DNA of 46,691 nucleotides. Origin: an uncultured Clostridia bacterium. GTDB lineage: Bacteria; Bacillota; Clostridia; Lachnospirales; CAG-274. Under the pieces are notes generated by a model. That model did no database searches. It worked only from the letters and a program-made list of their open reading frames with translations, and was not told the origin of the DNA. Each line of letters starts with the position of its first letter. The first letter of the stretch is position 1. Below, piece after piece: positions 46,534 to 46,691 of the stretch. Position numbers and translations under genes: made by a program. The DNA is taken from assembly GCA_947632235.1 (NCBI GenBank), contig CANROO010000001.1, positions 1 to 46,691 of the forward strand, written 5' to 3'.

Positions 46534-46691
46534 ATGAAAAGCGACATACAGATAGCGCAGGAATGCGTTATGCAGCCCATAACAGAGGTAGCCGAAAGAT
46601 TCGGCATAGACACGGAGCATCTGGAGCTCTACGGCAGGTACAAGGCAAAGCTTTCCGATGAGCTTCTTTCGGAGGAGAAGAAGGGCAAGCT
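46534..46691 (+). CDS. fhs: Formate--tetrahydrofolate ligase, 5' fragment running off the window
   Basis: [50 protein letters not shown] is the conserved Fhs N-terminus. Confidence 0.85.
   Translation, partial: MKSDIQIAQECVMQPITEVAERFGIDTEHLELYGRYKAKLSDELLSEEKKGK

Overview
This 46.7-kb chromosomal window reads like a Clostridia-class Firmicute, possibly Oscillospiraceae/Ruminococcaceae-like. That placement is inference only, from roughly 50% G+C coding DNA rich in ATA/AGG/AAG codons, Shine-Dalgarno-led genes, a T-box leader and a dockerin module. Most of the window is housekeeping metabolism. It holds a T-box-led trpE-G-C-F-B-A operon with no trpD, hydE, an ACT-protein/hom/aspartokinase operon, a secreted acetamidase-family protein, cstA and a CotS-like kinase. 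It also holds glnA, purC-F-B-A, a frameshifted dockerin gene, a GH13 amylase, a nitrilase-family hydrolase, uxuA, argH and the 5' end of fhs. Positions 16.9-29.9 kb are a single-strand cell-envelope glycopolymer locus: phosphodiester glycosidase, Wzx, WecC, two GTs, a DUF4330-like protein, a Wzy/O-antigen-ligase-like protein, CsaB pyruvyl transferase and a TagA-like transferase. I saw no rRNA, tRNA, CRISPR, transposase, integrase or phage genes. Three things are not explained by the gene list. (i) A low-G+C, translationally coupled cassette at 376-1314 encodes a DUF3990-like (ADP-ribosyltransferase-fold-like) protein with small charged partner ORFs; this is my best candidate for an uncharacterised toxin/defence-type module. 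(ii) A dispersed repeat family built on the palindrome GGGGACTGTCCCC lies at 1-310 and 16377-16860 and includes a 101-nt block that is 94% identical between the two loci. (iii) A second, hairpin-dense modular repeat occurs as inverted copies at 11.3-11.5 kb and 30.8-31.1 kb, bracketing the 19-kb accessory/envelope segment and sharing a module with family (ii). All family names come from motif recognition by eye, and no searches were run.
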